Below are positions 12,620 to 24,971 of a stretch of DNA of 64,000 bases, piece after piece; position 1 is the first letter of the stretch, and each line of letters opens with the position of its first letter. Both the position numbers and the translations under genes were made by a program. Source of the stretch: Macrostomum lignano (Eukaryota); NCBI GenBank assembly GCA_002269645.1, contig NIVC01001158.1, positions 1-64,000 on the forward strand, given 5' to 3'. Under the pieces are notes generated by a model. That model ran no database searches. It was not told the origin of the DNA and saw only the letters and a list, made by a program, of their open reading frames with translations.

Positions 12620-13170
12620 TTAGCTCGTGCATTGACTTTTTTGCATTGAAGTTTTTATCAACTACTGAGTTATTCGTTGTAATTGCAACATTTATAATTC
12701 TATTGTTACTCATATCCAAGGTTCCAGTTGCTGTGGTTTGAACATAACGCGAATCAGAATCGGTTCGAGAATAGGAATCGCTTATTTCTCTTTTTGCATT
12801 AACTGCAGAATCAACTTCAGCTTGACTATGAGAATCTAATATATTGCGTTTTAAATTTAATAAATCATCAATTTCTGTTTTGGTATATGAATCAAAAACA
12901 TTCCGTTTTAAATTTAAGGAATCATCAATTTCTGTTTTGGTATAGGAATCTGCTGTATTACATTTTAAGTTTAATGAATTATCTATTTCAGTTTTGGTAT
13001 ACGAATCTCCAACATTCCGTTTTAAATTTAATTTAGTATCTATTTCACTTTTTATAACCTACATCTTCATTTATATATCTGCCATCTGCAAATGAAACAT
13101 AAACGCCGGTTGATTCTCCACCACCGGTTCGTGCTGTTCCGTTTCATGAGGGTGTTCCAGAAAATAACAT
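12620..13170 (-). pseudogene. Viral fibre/spike-like protein with 18-aa DSYTKTEID..LNLK.N repeats (frameshifted)
   Basis: Minus strand reads EIDTKLNLKRNVGDSYTKTEIDNSLNLKCNTADSYTKTEIDDSLNLKRNVFDSYTKTEIDDLLNLKRNILDSHSQAEVDSAV...TLDMSNNRIINVA. Lies directly downstream of the protease. Confidence 0.6.
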
Positions 13171-13191
13171 TTTTAGTCTATTTTATAGAGT

Positions 13192-13608
13192 CTAAAATAT
13201 TTTTAAATCTTCGGGCGATTGGTTAGAATTATTATTTCGATGTAAAAAATACAACGCCGCCTGTTCACAATAACTTTTATCAAAGGTTTGAAATTGTTCA
13301 TTATGATCTCCACATAAACGATTTTTTGTATGATTAAATTTGTCTTCCAATTCCTGCAATGGAGGTAATGCATAAGAATAAAAAAAGTAAACAACTTTTG
13401 GTTTTGAATAAACTGCTGACCAGTGTACACCGTTTTCTTTAGTCGTTTCAATATTGACAATGAAAGACCCATATTTTGGTAAATCTTTTATTTCATCGCG
13501 CATAACACATCTGAATGGTTTTATTTTTAATTGCCGCGCCCACTTTGTTAACTCAATATTATTAGTTGTGTCAACTCCATATCTTTGTTTAAAAGCATCC
13601 CAACTCAA
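13192..13608 (-). CDS. Adenain-like (Polinton PRO) cysteine protease, possibly inactive
   Basis: IVNIETTKENGVHWSAVY (catalytic His); FYSYALPP where FDSFG.PP is expected; EQFQTFDKSYCEQAALYFL (Q...C). The Asp and the Gly after Cys are substituted. Confidence 0.8.
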   Translation of the reverse strand: MSWDAFKQRYGVDTTNNIELTKWARQLKIKPFRCVMRDEIKDLPKYGSFIVNIETTKENGVHWSAVYSKPKVVYFFYSYALPPLQELEDKFNHTKNRLCGDHNEQFQTFDKSYCEQAALYFLHRNNNSNQSPEDLKIF

Positions 13609-13849
13609 AGTTATTTTAAGTTATTGAAAAACTTTTTTGATTTTGTTTGTTTATTCGTTGGTGGTTTTAATAGTTCCTTTTTCGTTTTTTCGGCTTGAAG
13701 TTGTCTTAATTTTGTTAATGAAGTTTTTATTTTTTTTGCTTTTTGAACTTTATCCGTTTGTTTTTTTAACTGATTGTTACCCATTTTTGAGACAAAAAAC
13801 TGAGTGAATTTTATAGTGCTTTTAATCCTCCGCGTCAACCAAATTTTAA

Positions 13850-14860
13850 CTCCTCTGCTGGCGACTTTAAGGCTTCTACTTGGGAGAAACTGTTGCATAA
13901 CGACCCCGACAAGCAGTATTTGATGAATGGTATTGTTCACGGCTTTCGTCTGGTTAATAATAAGCAACCTAATATTACTACTCTGAGAGATAATTACGCA
14001 TCCACTAGCCAGAATGCCGCCAAGGTGGAAGCTCAGCTTCTGGATGAGCTTCGGCTCGGCCGCTACACCGTTACTCAGGAGCCTGTGAAAGTGAACCCAT
14101 TGGTGCCTTGCCTAAAGCCAACGGGAAAGTTCGCCTCATTCACGATCCATCTGCTCCGCTCCGCGACTCTGTTAAGGACTACTATCAGCAGGAGAAAGGC
14201 ATCCGTTTTGGCTCTGTTCGAGAATTCAAAAAGCATTTAAAGCCCGGTTCCTTTATGGCCAAAGTGGATTTTAAAGATGCCTACAGGTCCGTCGCCATCA
14301 GTCCTGATGACCATTGTCTTACTGGTTTAAAGTGGCGCTTTCTAAGCCAGGACTCGAAACTACGATGTTCGACACCAGGCTGCCTTTCGGTTCGCGCGCC
14401 TCCTGTGAGATTTTTCACCGGCTTTCATCAGCGGTGAGGTGCCACATGGTGCGGTACGGTTTTCATGCCACCGTCAACTACCTGGACGATTGGGCGATCG
14501 CAGCTGACGCGGAGAGCGGGGCCTGGCGGGCCTATGATTTTCTGACTAATCCGCTGCAGTCGCTGGGATTCACTATTAACTGGGATAAGTCGGCTCAACC
14601 TGTGCAACAGTTGGTTTTTCTGGGAATAAGCATCGATACGCGAAAGGGCACTATGAGTCTTCCTGCTGACAAAGCCAGTGAGATCGATAGCCTGCTGAGG
14701 GACTGCGGCCGCATGCAGACCATTCGCCTCAAGACTATGCAGAAGCTGGTGAGAAAGCGTGGCTGTGTCAAATCAATGGCCAGCTGCGGCTTTTCCTTCG
14801 GCCGCTGATTGCCTCCGTGGACTTTGACTGCAAGGCTCCAATTTTGGTTACATCCGAGTT
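13850..14860 (+). mobile_element. DIRS/Ngaro (tyrosine-recombinase retrotransposon) reverse transcriptase fragment, frameshifted
   Basis: LLHNDPDKQYLMNGIVHGF, PKANGKVRLIHD, MAKVDFKDAYRSVAI, RLPFGSRASCEIF, VNYLDDW. Confidence 0.85.
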
Positions 14861-14947
14861 GAAAATGCTTCTTGGTCAACACCAAGGTGATACCTTGATA
14901 CCTTGGTGATACCTTGGTCAACACCAAGGTTGTGGTGTACTCTGATA

Positions 14948-17900
14948 CAGTGGCGTACGCAGGGGGGGGGCGGGGGGGGGCCGCGGCCCCCCCCCAATCG
15001 CCCGCCCAAAAAATTACGCCCCCACAAAAATTGCGCACCCCACAAAAATGCCCCCCACAAAAATTGCCCCCCTCCCCACTAAAATTGCGCCCTCACAAAA
15101 ATTGCCCCCCTGACAAAAATTACGCCCCCACAGTTCCACTAAAATTGCCCCCTCCCCAGGGAGTGGCAGAGCCTAATATTTTAGGGGGGCACTGGGCACA
15201 GGGCAAGGGGGCACAGCACAGGTACCTTTATATAAGCTGCTAATAATTAGGGCCTAAAATATCAGAAAAGGGACTAAAAATTACCGCCCGTGCGGTAAAC
15301 GTGCCCCCGGTGCCGTAAGCTCCCGCCGCCCATCGATCCCCGCACAAAAATTGCGGCCACACAAAAATTGCGCCCCCACAAAAATTGCCCCTTAAAAAAA
15401 TTGTGCCCCCACAAAAATTGCGCCCCTCCAACAACGAAACGATGGGGTATAAGCTCGATGAATGATAGGGGCGCCCACCTAAGGGACACGGACGCCCATT
15501 TAAGAGACAAGGGCGCACTGTAAGATACAGGGTGCCCACCCACCAAACGACAGGCGCCCACGCCCCACCAACAGATAGTTAATTTTGTTTTTGTAATAAG
15601 TGCGTATAAATGAAACAAATATCATGAAGGTATGACTAATCAGTTTGAAAAGCTACCTATACTAAATGTAGATTCTAATCATTTACTGAAAATTCTTCAT
15701 TCCATTAAGCAGAAATAACTCAATTTTTAAGAACTTCGCAAATAACTAGCTGTTCAATTCTCGCTTTCTATATGCATGCTTGTACTTGGCGTCAGTCAGA
15801 ATGTACACATTTTTCTAACATCAATTGAATAAGTTTGGCAAATAGACAACTCTCCACTGAATTTAATCGACCCATTCTCTACTGATAAACATGTTAGCTA
15901 AAAAGCTCTCCGCTGTACATTAAAATCGTGTGCATACCCTCACCACATGAAGCAAACCGTCTCCCGTCCATTATCGATCGCGCGGGGTTGAGTTGAGAGA
16001 GAGGAGGCAAAACAAGGACTGCCTGCCCCCCCCCCCAACGCCCTAAGCCCTAAGAGCTACGCTTGAAAGTACGTAGAAAGAAAGTACTATGATGAACGTA
16101 CGCTTACTTGTAAATAAAAGCGTCTGTGTTTGACTCATTCACGGAATATTCCTTATGCAAAGCAAAACCAAGCAAATAAGCTTTAAAAAAACGCATTAAT
16201 CCAATTCAACCTATCGAATCGAGAATGCATTTGAGAGCGTAGTCGGGACTCTGGACGGATTCATGTCGACAAAAAGAAAATTATCTGGAGCTGAAGGTAG
16301 AAGAAATAAACGTGCTCGATTGCTCAAAGACAGCGCAAAAGAGAGCGCCCAGATCCGACAGTATTTTTCAAGTCGTTCAGATGATAAAGGCGACAAGGCT
16401 ACACAAGCCATCACAGCTGCTTCAAGCACCGCCCTCTGCGAGCAAGACAATCCAACCGCTTCAGCTGCCGCCCTTGACATCGGCGGCGCCCCAATCCAAC
16501 CGCTTCAGCTGCCGCCTTTGACATCGGCGGCGCCCCAGACAATCCAGCCGCTTCAGCTGCCGCCCTTGACGTCGGCGGCGCCCCAGATAATCCAGCCGCT
16601 TCAGCTGCTGCCCTTGACGTCGGCGGCGCCCCAGACAATCCAGCCGCTTCAGCTGCCGCCCTTGACGTCGGCGGCGCCCCAGACAATCCAGCCGCTTCAG
16701 CTGCCGCCCTTGACGTCGGCGGCGCCCCAGACAATCCAGCCGCTTCAGCTGCCGCCCCTGACGTCGGCGGCGCCCCAGACAATCCAGCCGCTTCAGCTGC
16801 CGCCCTTGACGTCGGCGGCGCCCCAGACAATCCAGCCGCTTCAGCTGCCGCCCTTGACGTCGGCGGCGCCCCAGACAATCCAGCCGCTTCAGCTGCCGCC
16901 CTTGACGTCGGCGGCGCCCCAGACAATCCAGCCGCTTCAGCTGCCGCCCTTGACGTCGGCGGCGCCCCAGACAATCCAGCCGCTTCAGCTGCCGCCCTTG
17001 ACGTCGGCGGCGCCCCAGACAATCCAGCCGCTTCAGCTCCAAGCGCTCTCTTCTCTAATGTAAGCACAGCTTCACTTTGTGGCTCAGCTCTTATCATTGA
17101 AGACAGAATTCAGTCACAGCACTTTCAGCCATTCACTTTCAGCACTTTCAGAAAATGACTTCGGTCTTGCTGTTAAACTAAGTTCAATTAATATCGAAAT
17201 TCGACGAAAGTTTTTTAAACCGTGGGTGCCGAAAAAGCAAGAGCATTTTCCATTTTCAATGCATCGATGTCAAGGACGTCAGAGAAAACGAAAAATTATG
17301 CCCAGTCATCTTGAAGAGTTTCCCTGGCTGTCTGTGAGCCGAGTCTCTGGACTTGAAGGCGTATTTTGCACCCCATGTGTATTATTTTCATCAGCAGCTG
17401 GAGTTGGAGGGCGCTCTCATGGGGGTGGACAAATGCCTGGCGTATTAGTTATGAAGCCACTACAGCGTTTTGACGAACTCACTGGCAAGAGTGGACACCT
17501 TAGTTGTCACGAGAAGACCGCTTTTCATCTAGCAAATGTAGAAAAAATGAAGGAGTTTGAGAAGCGCACATTATTTGGAGAAGAAACCAACGACATTCGC
17601 TCCCAAATTGAGAAGACGCGTCAACAGCAAATCAGTAAAAACAGGGAAATTCTTATATCAGTGATTGACACAGTGCTGACATGCGCAAGACAAAATCTCA
17701 GTTTGCGTGGGCACCGCGGAGAAAATCAGCCTTTATTCCCAAAATCAGACAATTCTCAAGAGGCAGAAGAGCCAAAAGTCAATGATGGAAATTTCCGAGC
17801 GCTTTTACGATTTCGTATTCGAGCTGGGGACAGTGTCTTGGGAGCACATGCTAGACAAGCATCGTTAAACGCGACATATTTTTCTCCTCGAATTCAGAAT

Positions 17901-18233
17901 GAAACTTTGGATGTCGCGTTGCAACTTATTCAAGAAAGAATTGTCGCTCGAGTTAGGAATGCTATGTTCTGGGCACTGATTGTCGATGAAACGATGGATG
18001 TACAGAAGAGGGAGCAGCTGGTCATCGTTGTTCGATTTGTAGAACAAACTGAAGATGGTGCTTTTCAGCAATTCGAAGAGCCAGTTGCAATGCTAGATGT
18101 TGTTGCTGATATAGCTGAAAATTGTGATGGATGGGAGAATTTGCGACTCAGTGGTGCGAATATTTCATCCGCTATTGTCAGGCGCCTACGCACTCTTGGA
18201 CTTGATTTGATTCGCAATCAAATGCGGAGTTGA
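14948..18233 (+). mobile_element. hAT DNA transposon (ZMYM1/DUF4371-like transposase), 3' truncated
   Basis: Starts CAGTGGCG (hAT-like TIR start, inferred) with subterminal CCCCCACAAAAATTGC repeats. Transposase 16263-18233 has FPWL..S....GVFCTPCVLF, CARQNLSLRGH, GNFRALL, SPRIQNE, LIVDETMDV.KREQL.IVVRFV; it ends before the remaining catalytic residues. Confidence 0.85.
16445..17040. repeat. 48-bp tandem repeat (~12 copies) inside the hAT ORF
   Basis: Unit CCAGCCGCTTCAGCTGCCGCCCTTGACGTCGGCGGCGCCCCAGACAAT. Confidence 0.95.
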
Positions 18234-18401
18234 GGCCTAATTGGCCTGTCATACCAATTCTAACGAAATGCAAAATTTTGGTTACTAAGATCCTAGAGTT
18301 AAATTGAGAATTACATGTTGAGATAATAGAATGACAAGCAGATGCCGATTTTGAGTTCCTGAACTAATAAAAACTAAGAGTTATCCGCGCGACAGTTCCG
18401 A

Positions 18402-18959
18402 TTAATTCTTCCCATTCTTCCTCAGCAGGAGAGCCCGAAGCGGGGGCGTCAGGCCGAGGCATCCCAGCTCATCGGCGAACCTTCGGCCGACTAGTTCGAC
18501 CGCACTCGGGTCAAAGTCCCGATCTCTGAGTCTCTTGACAGCCAGACTGGCAGCCCACTCAAAAAGGCTGACGCGGTACTGCTGATCTTCCGTCCGAAGC
18601 TGCTCCGCGGTATCGGGCGGCAAGCTCTCAAAGAGGTGGCCGCGGGTGCCAGCCAAAAGAAGCACTTCGGCGGTCCCAATCGCCTGCTTCTCCTTTACCC
18701 AGGCGGCCAAGTCAGCAGTCGACGTGGCGCGGCTGGTCGGCGACGGCGACGGAGGTTGCGCCCCAACCTCGGGAGGTGGCCCTGGTGGCCTAATGTTCTT
18801 CTCTCTTGTTTCTCCTGGCTCGGACGCAGAAGGAACGAGAGAGCAGAAGGGGAGAGGGTCTAGCGAACGCACAAGGGGAGGAGTGTAGCTTACTAGACTT
18901 GCGTACACTGAGCGATCGTACGCGGCAGGCCAGACATCAACAGTACAGGCAAGCGCCAA
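18402..18959 (-). CDS. Orphan ORF family, copy 2 (open)
   Basis: DLAAWVKEKQAIGTAEVLLLAGTRGHLFESLPPDTAEQLRTEDQQYRVSLFEWAASLA; homologous to 7274-7683. Confidence 0.55.
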   Translation of the reverse strand: MALACTVDVWPAAYDRSVYASLVSYTPPLVRSLDPLPFCSLVPSASEPGETREKNIRPPGPPPEVGAQPPSPSPTSRATSTADLAAWVKEKQAIGTAEVLLLAGTRGHLFESLPPDTAEQLRTEDQQYRVSLFEWAASLAVKRLRDRDFDPSAVELVGRRFADELGCLGLTPPLRALLLRKNGKN

Positions 18960-19049
18960 ATTTGGCAGCTTTCACTAACTAACCCTAGGCTAGGATAACT
19001 TCCTATTTCCTATGTTAATGAGCCTCAATATGACGAATCGATTGCGCCA

Positions 19050-19850
19050 TATTGTGCAACTTCTCAGCGCCAAGGAAGGCTGCTTAGAGTGCATGGAGGC
19101 AGCAGAACAGTTCCTATTCCTATTCCAGTTCCTATTCCTATTCCTATAGACCAGGAACGTAAAAGACCTCAAATTCAACGTCAAAACGCAGACAGAGCAA
19201 CGCAACAGACTGCAGCAACCACATCAGACGCGCCTTGGAGACACCTCGCCTTAGAATCCAACACGCCGTCTCATTGTCGCAGTACACAGCAAGCCGACGT
19301 CCAGCCTAGGATCGGCACCATCTCAAAACAGCCAGCAAGATAACCACAGCCTCCTTGTAATTGATGCAGTAATCCTGAAAAACACCATTTGCGTCGATCT
19401 GCCAGTCAATGAAGCACCAATCACGAATTCCATCACCGTCACGGAGCACCGCCGCGGCGCCTGTAGACGATGAGTCAGTCTCTATGGCAACACAAGCCCT
19501 CGGCGAAGTCCACAGGCCAACACCGATGCGATGCTGCAAAGCCAAACGCCACCAGGAGATGTGGTGCACCACGGAGGGGCTAACAAGAACTCTGTCATGA
19601 GGCCGATGCAGCTTGTTGACAATGTCGATAAGAGGTCGGAGGAAAACTCTCCCGTGCCGAACAACTTGCGACGCCCAGTTTAACTTGCCGATCAACTTCT
19701 GCAAACACGACTTTAACAGCCTTTTCTTCGAAGAGCAGAGGAATAAAACACGCAACAAGGAACTGTTCTGCTGCCTCCATGCACTCAAAGCAGCCTTCCT
19801 TGGCGCTGAAAAGTTGCACAATATGGGGCAATCGAGCCGTCATAATGAGG
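19050..19850 (-). mobile_element. DIRS/Ngaro RT C-terminus and RNase H fragment
   Basis: LQKLIGKLNWASQVVRHGRVFLRPLID, ISWW, IETDSSSTGAAAV, INYKEAVVILLAVLRW. Confidence 0.85.
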
Positions 19851-20099
19851 CTCATTAACAGAAAATTAGGAAGAGTAAAATGCATGAGGGGGCTTTTGGG
19901 ACAAAATTTTTCACGTCCTCCATTATCCCATTAAATCCACACATGTTATCCCCAACAGAATAAAAAAAGGGGGGCCGCACTTGCTCTAAAAACTTCGAAC
20001 ATAATCCCATTAAATCCATCCATATTATCCCCGACAGAATCAGAAAAGAAGGGGGGCGCAGGGGCGATACTCAAAAGGATCCTTGTTGAGTATCGTTGT

Positions 20100-23030
20100 G
20101 CACTAGCCAGAGTGTTTTTTGCCGGAGGACGGCCGGAATCACCACGCGGTCGCCGTAGCAGAGAACTCCGTCCTCCACAGTCAGGGCGCATCGGGCCGCT
20201 TTGAAGGGCTTCTCGGCTGGCGAGCAGTTGGAACTCTGTTAGTGGCGACTCGCTTCATAACGTCCGTCAGCAGCCTCTCCCGCAGGGTTTCTTCCTTGAG
20301 CTCCTGCCATGGTATTACGGCTTCTGCCGTCCAGTGGATGACGCTCTCGAGCTGCTCGCCCTGATTCTCCGAGCTGTCGTCGTCGAAGTCCAGCCGTGTT
20401 AGGGCGTCGACTTGCGGAATCGACTCGCCCTTGGTGTAGATGATGTCATAGTCAAATGCCATCAGCTTTATGGCCCACAGAAGCAGCCTGGCGTTCGCAA
20501 CCTTGGGCAGCTGGCGCCTCGTGCCAAAAATGAACTCCAGCGGGCGGTGGTCGGTTCTCAGCGTGAAGCGCGATCCCAGCAGGAATTGCTTGGCTTGCTC
20601 CATGGCCCAGACGATTGCGAGCGCCTCTCTCAATGTTGGAGTAGCGAGTCTCAGCGCTGCTCAACCGCCGACTGAAGTACATGACCGGGTGTCCGGCCTG
20701 AGACAGGACCGCTGCAATGGCCTTCTCGCTGGCGTCAGTAGTGAGCGTGGTCTCCTCGCGCTTGTTGTAAGGCTTAATGACCGGTCCTCGGCTGAGAATG
20801 TCCTTGATCAGTGAGAAAGCAGCTTGCTGAGCAGGACCCCAGTTGAACTCTGCTGCTCGGCTTGGCAGTTGATTTAGCGGCTCGACGACATCTGAGTAGC
20901 TTGATGAACCGACCAAAGAAGTTGGCAAGTCCCAGGAAAGACTCCAGTTGCTTCTTGTCCTTAGGAGGCTTCACAGAGCGATTTTTTTCCACCAGCTCCG
21001 GGTCCGGAGTTATTCCTGAGGCGCTGATTCTGTAGCCTAGGAAGGAAATTTCTGTTTCTCTTAGATTCGATTTGTCCAGGTTGATTGTCATTCCAGCTGA
21101 CTGCAGAGCTTGCAGTACGCGTTGCACTTTTTGATTGAGCTCGGAGTCGGACTTCGCACCCAGAAGAATGTCATCCTGGTAGACAATTTTGCTGCTGATG
21201 TCTTCCAGGATTGTCTGCATGGCCTTCTGGAAAATCGATGACGCTGACTTCAGACCAGGCACCAGTCTCTTGTACCTGAAAAGGCCGAGTGGCGTTGAAA
21301 TAGTGGTCACTTCTCGCTGTCCTCGTCTAGCTCGATCTGCAGGTAGGTGTCCGAGAGGTCGAGCTTGGCAAAAAGCGTCATGCCAGCGACTTCGGAGAAT
21401 ATGGTCTCCATTTCCGGCTTTGGGTAGGTGTCGTTGCAGATCTGATGATTCACTCAGCCTTGAAGTCGGCGCATACTCGCACTTTTCCATTGGGCTTCAG
21501 GACGTTGATAATAGGGGACGCCCACTGGCTGCCTCCGGCAGGGACTGGCTCAATGATGCCTTCAGACTTCATTCGCTGCAGCTCACGCACCACCAGGTCC
21601 CTGAGATGTAGCGGCACTGATCGTGCAGCGCAGTAGAACGGCATGGCTCCCTCAACGAGTCTGATTTTGGCCTGGAAGCCTTTGAGACAGCCGAGCTGCT
21701 GTATCTCGTTGATGGTGACGGCGTCTTTCGGCAGCTTGATGTTGTTCATGCCGAGCAACCCGTGCTTCTTTTCCGCAACGGTGACGAACAAATCGACTGC
21801 CACGAACCTTGAGTCGGTCTCGAGCGACGCAGTGAATTCGCCCAGGCAAGCAATGCTGGAGCCATCAAACTGCCGCAGAATTCTCTTGCACTTGCGCAGG
21901 GCTGGGCGGCCGAGCTGTCGCTAGAGGTTCTGCGGAATGAGGCTGACCTCCGCGCCGGTGTCGACCTGCATTGGCACGCAACAGCCGTTGATCTTAATGG
22001 TCCTGAAAAGGCCAGTCCTTGCTGCGCTGGGGCCTACAGCATACACTTCCGCTTCCTCAGCAGACCCTGTTGTCTCCAAGTGGACAGCTCGGTATCTACA
22101 GACAGCCGCGAAGTGATTCTTCTTCTGGCAATTGGTGCACTTTTTGCCGTATGCCGGACAGCTGCCTCTAGGGTGGCTGGTGCCATAGAATCTGCATTTA
22201 AAGATTGCCGATGTCCTTGAAGGTGACGCGCTCTTCTGCTGGCCGGTGAATGCGATGTCCGCAGTCGCGGGAGCGTTGTAGTCCCTGATCTGCTCTAGGT
22301 GCTGTAGGCTCTGCAGAATGCTGTCTAGCAACATGTCGCCTTCTTGCAGCCGCTCGAGAATCTACTTCTTGTGTTCAGGCGAAACCAGACCATCGATGAG
22401 TCACATGACGATCATGTCGTTTTATTTAGTCCAGTGTCTCAAATTCACATAGCGATGCAGCAGCTCTCAGCCTTCGGAAGTACGGCATGACGCTCTCCCC
22501 TGCCTCCTGCCTCAAATTGAGAAATTTCGTGCGCTCAGCGATGACGAGGCGCTTTTTAGGGCGAATTGTGCTGTCGACGAGTTTCTTGATGTCGTCAAAC
22601 GTCATTTCATCCAACTGTTTGGGTGCTGCCATGAGGGACAGGATGCGGATTGCTTGGAGTCCCGCCATTGATAGAAACAAGTCCGTTTTGTCTCGAGCTT
22701 GGTCAGAGTCGGAGAGCTTCTTGATGCGTGCTGTTGCCGATAGCTGTTGCATCCACGCCTCGGCCATTTCTGCATTTTCCAAATCGAGCTCTTGGCTCTG
22801 TTGTCTGCCTGCTTGCGACGCCATTATTGTGTCGCAAATGACTAAGAAAAGTTCATTCTGTTCAGTGTTAGTTTTAGAGCGAGGCGAGATAAATTCTTTA
22901 TTTCAATGAGCGAAAATCAACAACGAGATATTACATATAGCGATCAGGAGACAGTGGTGGAAGATGACAATATTTGGGGTGGTGGGCTAGGCGCACACAG
23001 GTAGACAGAGTGTTCTAGAGAAAATGAGTA
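20100..23030 (-). mobile_element. Ty3/Gypsy (Mag-like) LTR retrotransposon: 5' LTR remnant, PBS, gag, protease, RT, RNase H; frameshifted, integrase missing
   Basis: PBS TGGCGTCGCAAGCAGG (22808-22823; tRNA-Ser-like, inferred) overlaps the gag ATG. Zn-knuckle region ...CTNCQKKNHFAAVC, VDTGAEVS, ASPI...KPNGKVRVCADFK, YQDDILL, TTDASEKAIAAVL, LRTDHRPL. Confidence 0.9.
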
Positions 23031-23034
23031 TGTA

Positions 23035-24343
23035 CGATCTCAGAAAGTCTTTAGCCTGAGTAGGATCCACGAGACGTAGAAGCATGAAATTTGTCTATGG
23101 TAAAGACCAACTTTTAAAAGTATCACAGCAAAAATTTCAAACAGAAGCAGCCACTTTTGAGTCCACTGCAGCGAGTTAAAGTCAGTTCACCCCCTGAGTT
23201 CTTCAATTCAACAATGAAGCTGGAAAATCGCGACTTCAGAGCAATGTTGTACCTGCACTTCAAGCAAGGCAAGTCGCCGGCCGAATCGTATCAAACTTTA
23301 CAGAACGTTTTCACCCATGTATGTCCTTCATACGCAACCGTCAAAAACTGGTTTGCTGAGTTTCGCCGAGGTCGAGAAAGCCTCGAAGATGAACATCGAT
23401 CCGGGAGACCCTGTGACGCAGTGACTCCACAAAATATCTGCGCTGTGTCCAGCATGATTGCCGCTGACCGGCGAGTGACCTACCCGCAGATCCAGCAGGA
23501 GATCGGTATTGGATCGGGGAGTGTGCACGCCATTATGCACGAACACCTTGGAGTGCGGAAGCTGGCTTCCCAGTGGATCCCCCATCAGCTGTCGGACGTG
23601 CAGAAGGACACCAGGGTGGCTTGGTGCCGATTCATGCTGCAGAAATTCGAATCCGGGACCAGCCGGCGTATCTGGGACATCCTCACGGGCGATGAGACCT
23701 GGATTTATCAATACGACCCCGAAAGCAAGCGCCAGTCAGCCATGTGGACCTTTGGAGACGAGGACAGCCCCACAAAGTTTCGACGCAGCCGGAGTGTCGG
23801 CAAGCAGATGGTGGCCTGTTTCTTCATGCGCACTGGGCATGTGGCTTCCGTTTCACTTGAAGATCGCCAGACAGTCACCGCTGACTGGTACACAACGGTT
23901 TGCCTGCCCAAGGTCTTTTCTGCTGTGAGCCAGAGGCGCCCAAGGTGCGGAATGCGTGGGGTGCTTCTGCACCACGACAACGCCAGCGCGCACACGGCGG
24001 CTCAAACTCTGGAGTTTCTGGCTGACTGTGGGGTCCAGCTGATGACTCACCCTGCTTACAGTCCAGACCTGGCACCGTGCGACTTTTTTCTGTTTCCGAA
24101 GTGCAAGGAGATTCTGAAGGGCCAGGTCTTTTCTTCACCGGAAGAAGCTGTGAATGAGTTTAAAAACATCATCGAGGAGCTCCGGGATGAGGATTGGCGG
24201 CAGTGCTTCGACAGCTGGTTTCACAGGATGCAAGCCTGTATCAATGCCGGTGGAGAGTATTTTGAGCACTTGTAGTCGTTTTTTAGTTCATTTGTTGCTG
24301 TTTTCGTGTTCAAGCTAAGAACTTTCTGAGTGACTTATTCTCG
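23035..24343 (+). mobile_element. mariner (DD34D) DNA transposon with TA flanks
   Basis: TA at 23033-34 and 24344-45. Ends share CTCAGAAAGT..TTAGC; the left TIR carries a deletion relative to the right. Confidence 0.9.
23214..24275 (+). CDS. Intact mariner transposase (353 aa from ATG 23214)
   Basis: WIPHQL, GDETWIY, HHDNASAH, YSPDLAPCDF; 34 residues between the second and third Asp. Confidence 0.95.
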   Translation: MKLENRDFRAMLYLHFKQGKSPAESYQTLQNVFTHVCPSYATVKNWFAEFRRGRESLEDEHRSGRPCDAVTPQNICAVSSMIAADRRVTYPQIQQEIGIGSGSVHAIMHEHLGVRKLASQWIPHQLSDVQKDTRVAWCRFMLQKFESGTSRRIWDILTGDETWIYQYDPESKRQSAMWTFGDEDSPTKFRRSRSVGKQMVACFFMRTGHVASVSLEDRQTVTADWYTTVCLPKVFSAVSQRRPRCGMRGVLLHHDNASAHTAAQTLEFLADCGVQLMTHPAYSPDLAPCDFFLFPKCKEILKGQVFSSPEEAVNEFKNIIEELRDEDWRQCFDSWFHRMQACINAGGEYFEHL

Positions 24344-24429
24344 TACTTGCAGTGGAATAAAATAAGAACAAAAATATAATAAACAAGTTGTGATAATGTA
24401 GAATAATATAGAGTATCAAATAACTTAAG

Positions 24430-24947
24430 TCAAACGCCGCCTCAGCCTGGTCTCTGTGGAGCTCAGTTCTTCCGTAGCGCATTTTCGTATTGTTCTTTTC
24501 CATAAGGGATTTGACTGCACCCATGAATTCTTTGCCAGGATCAGTCATAAAGGTTTGGGGGTATGTAAGCTGAGAGTTTTTGTAAATTTCTTGGATGGCG
24601 CAGCTGCAACTGCTTCTGACTTCTTTGTCTTAAGTGGTCTCGCTTCCTTATATCTGGAGGCAATGTCTATAACTGTGAGAGCATACTTGTAGCCTGAGTC
24701 ATTGGTGAGAAACAGAATATCTGCTTGGTGCGCCTCATTAGGTTTACGCTCGTATAGATCTCAAAGTGAGGTCTTGTAAATTGAACAGGTGGGAAATAGA
24801 CTTGGTAGACTGCTTGCTTGGAGAGCCACTTTTCTACTGTAGCTTTTGGTTCCTTACTCAGCTCCATGAGTTTACTAACGGCATTTTTTCCTACAAAACA
24901 ATCCTTTGTCACTGTAGTAGACAGATTTAAGTTTTTCTTCTGCCATT
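24430..24947 (-). pseudogene. Polinton-type rve integrase fragment, copy 2
   Basis: KWLSKQAVYQVYFPP..FTRPHF, TDPGKEFMGAV (second Asp), GRTELHRDQA; truncated afterwards. Confidence 0.85.
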
Positions 24948-24971
24948 TTTAGAATTTATTTTTTCAAAAAA

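Noticed and set aside
16445-17040. CRISPR-like arrays (also 2221-2405, 51345-51690, 61790-62270)
   Set aside because: Units are head-to-tail with no unique spacers, no cas genes, eukaryotic context.
23157-23213. TTG-initiated N-terminal extension of the mariner ORF
   Set aside because: ATG 23214 gives a typical mariner length and N-terminus.
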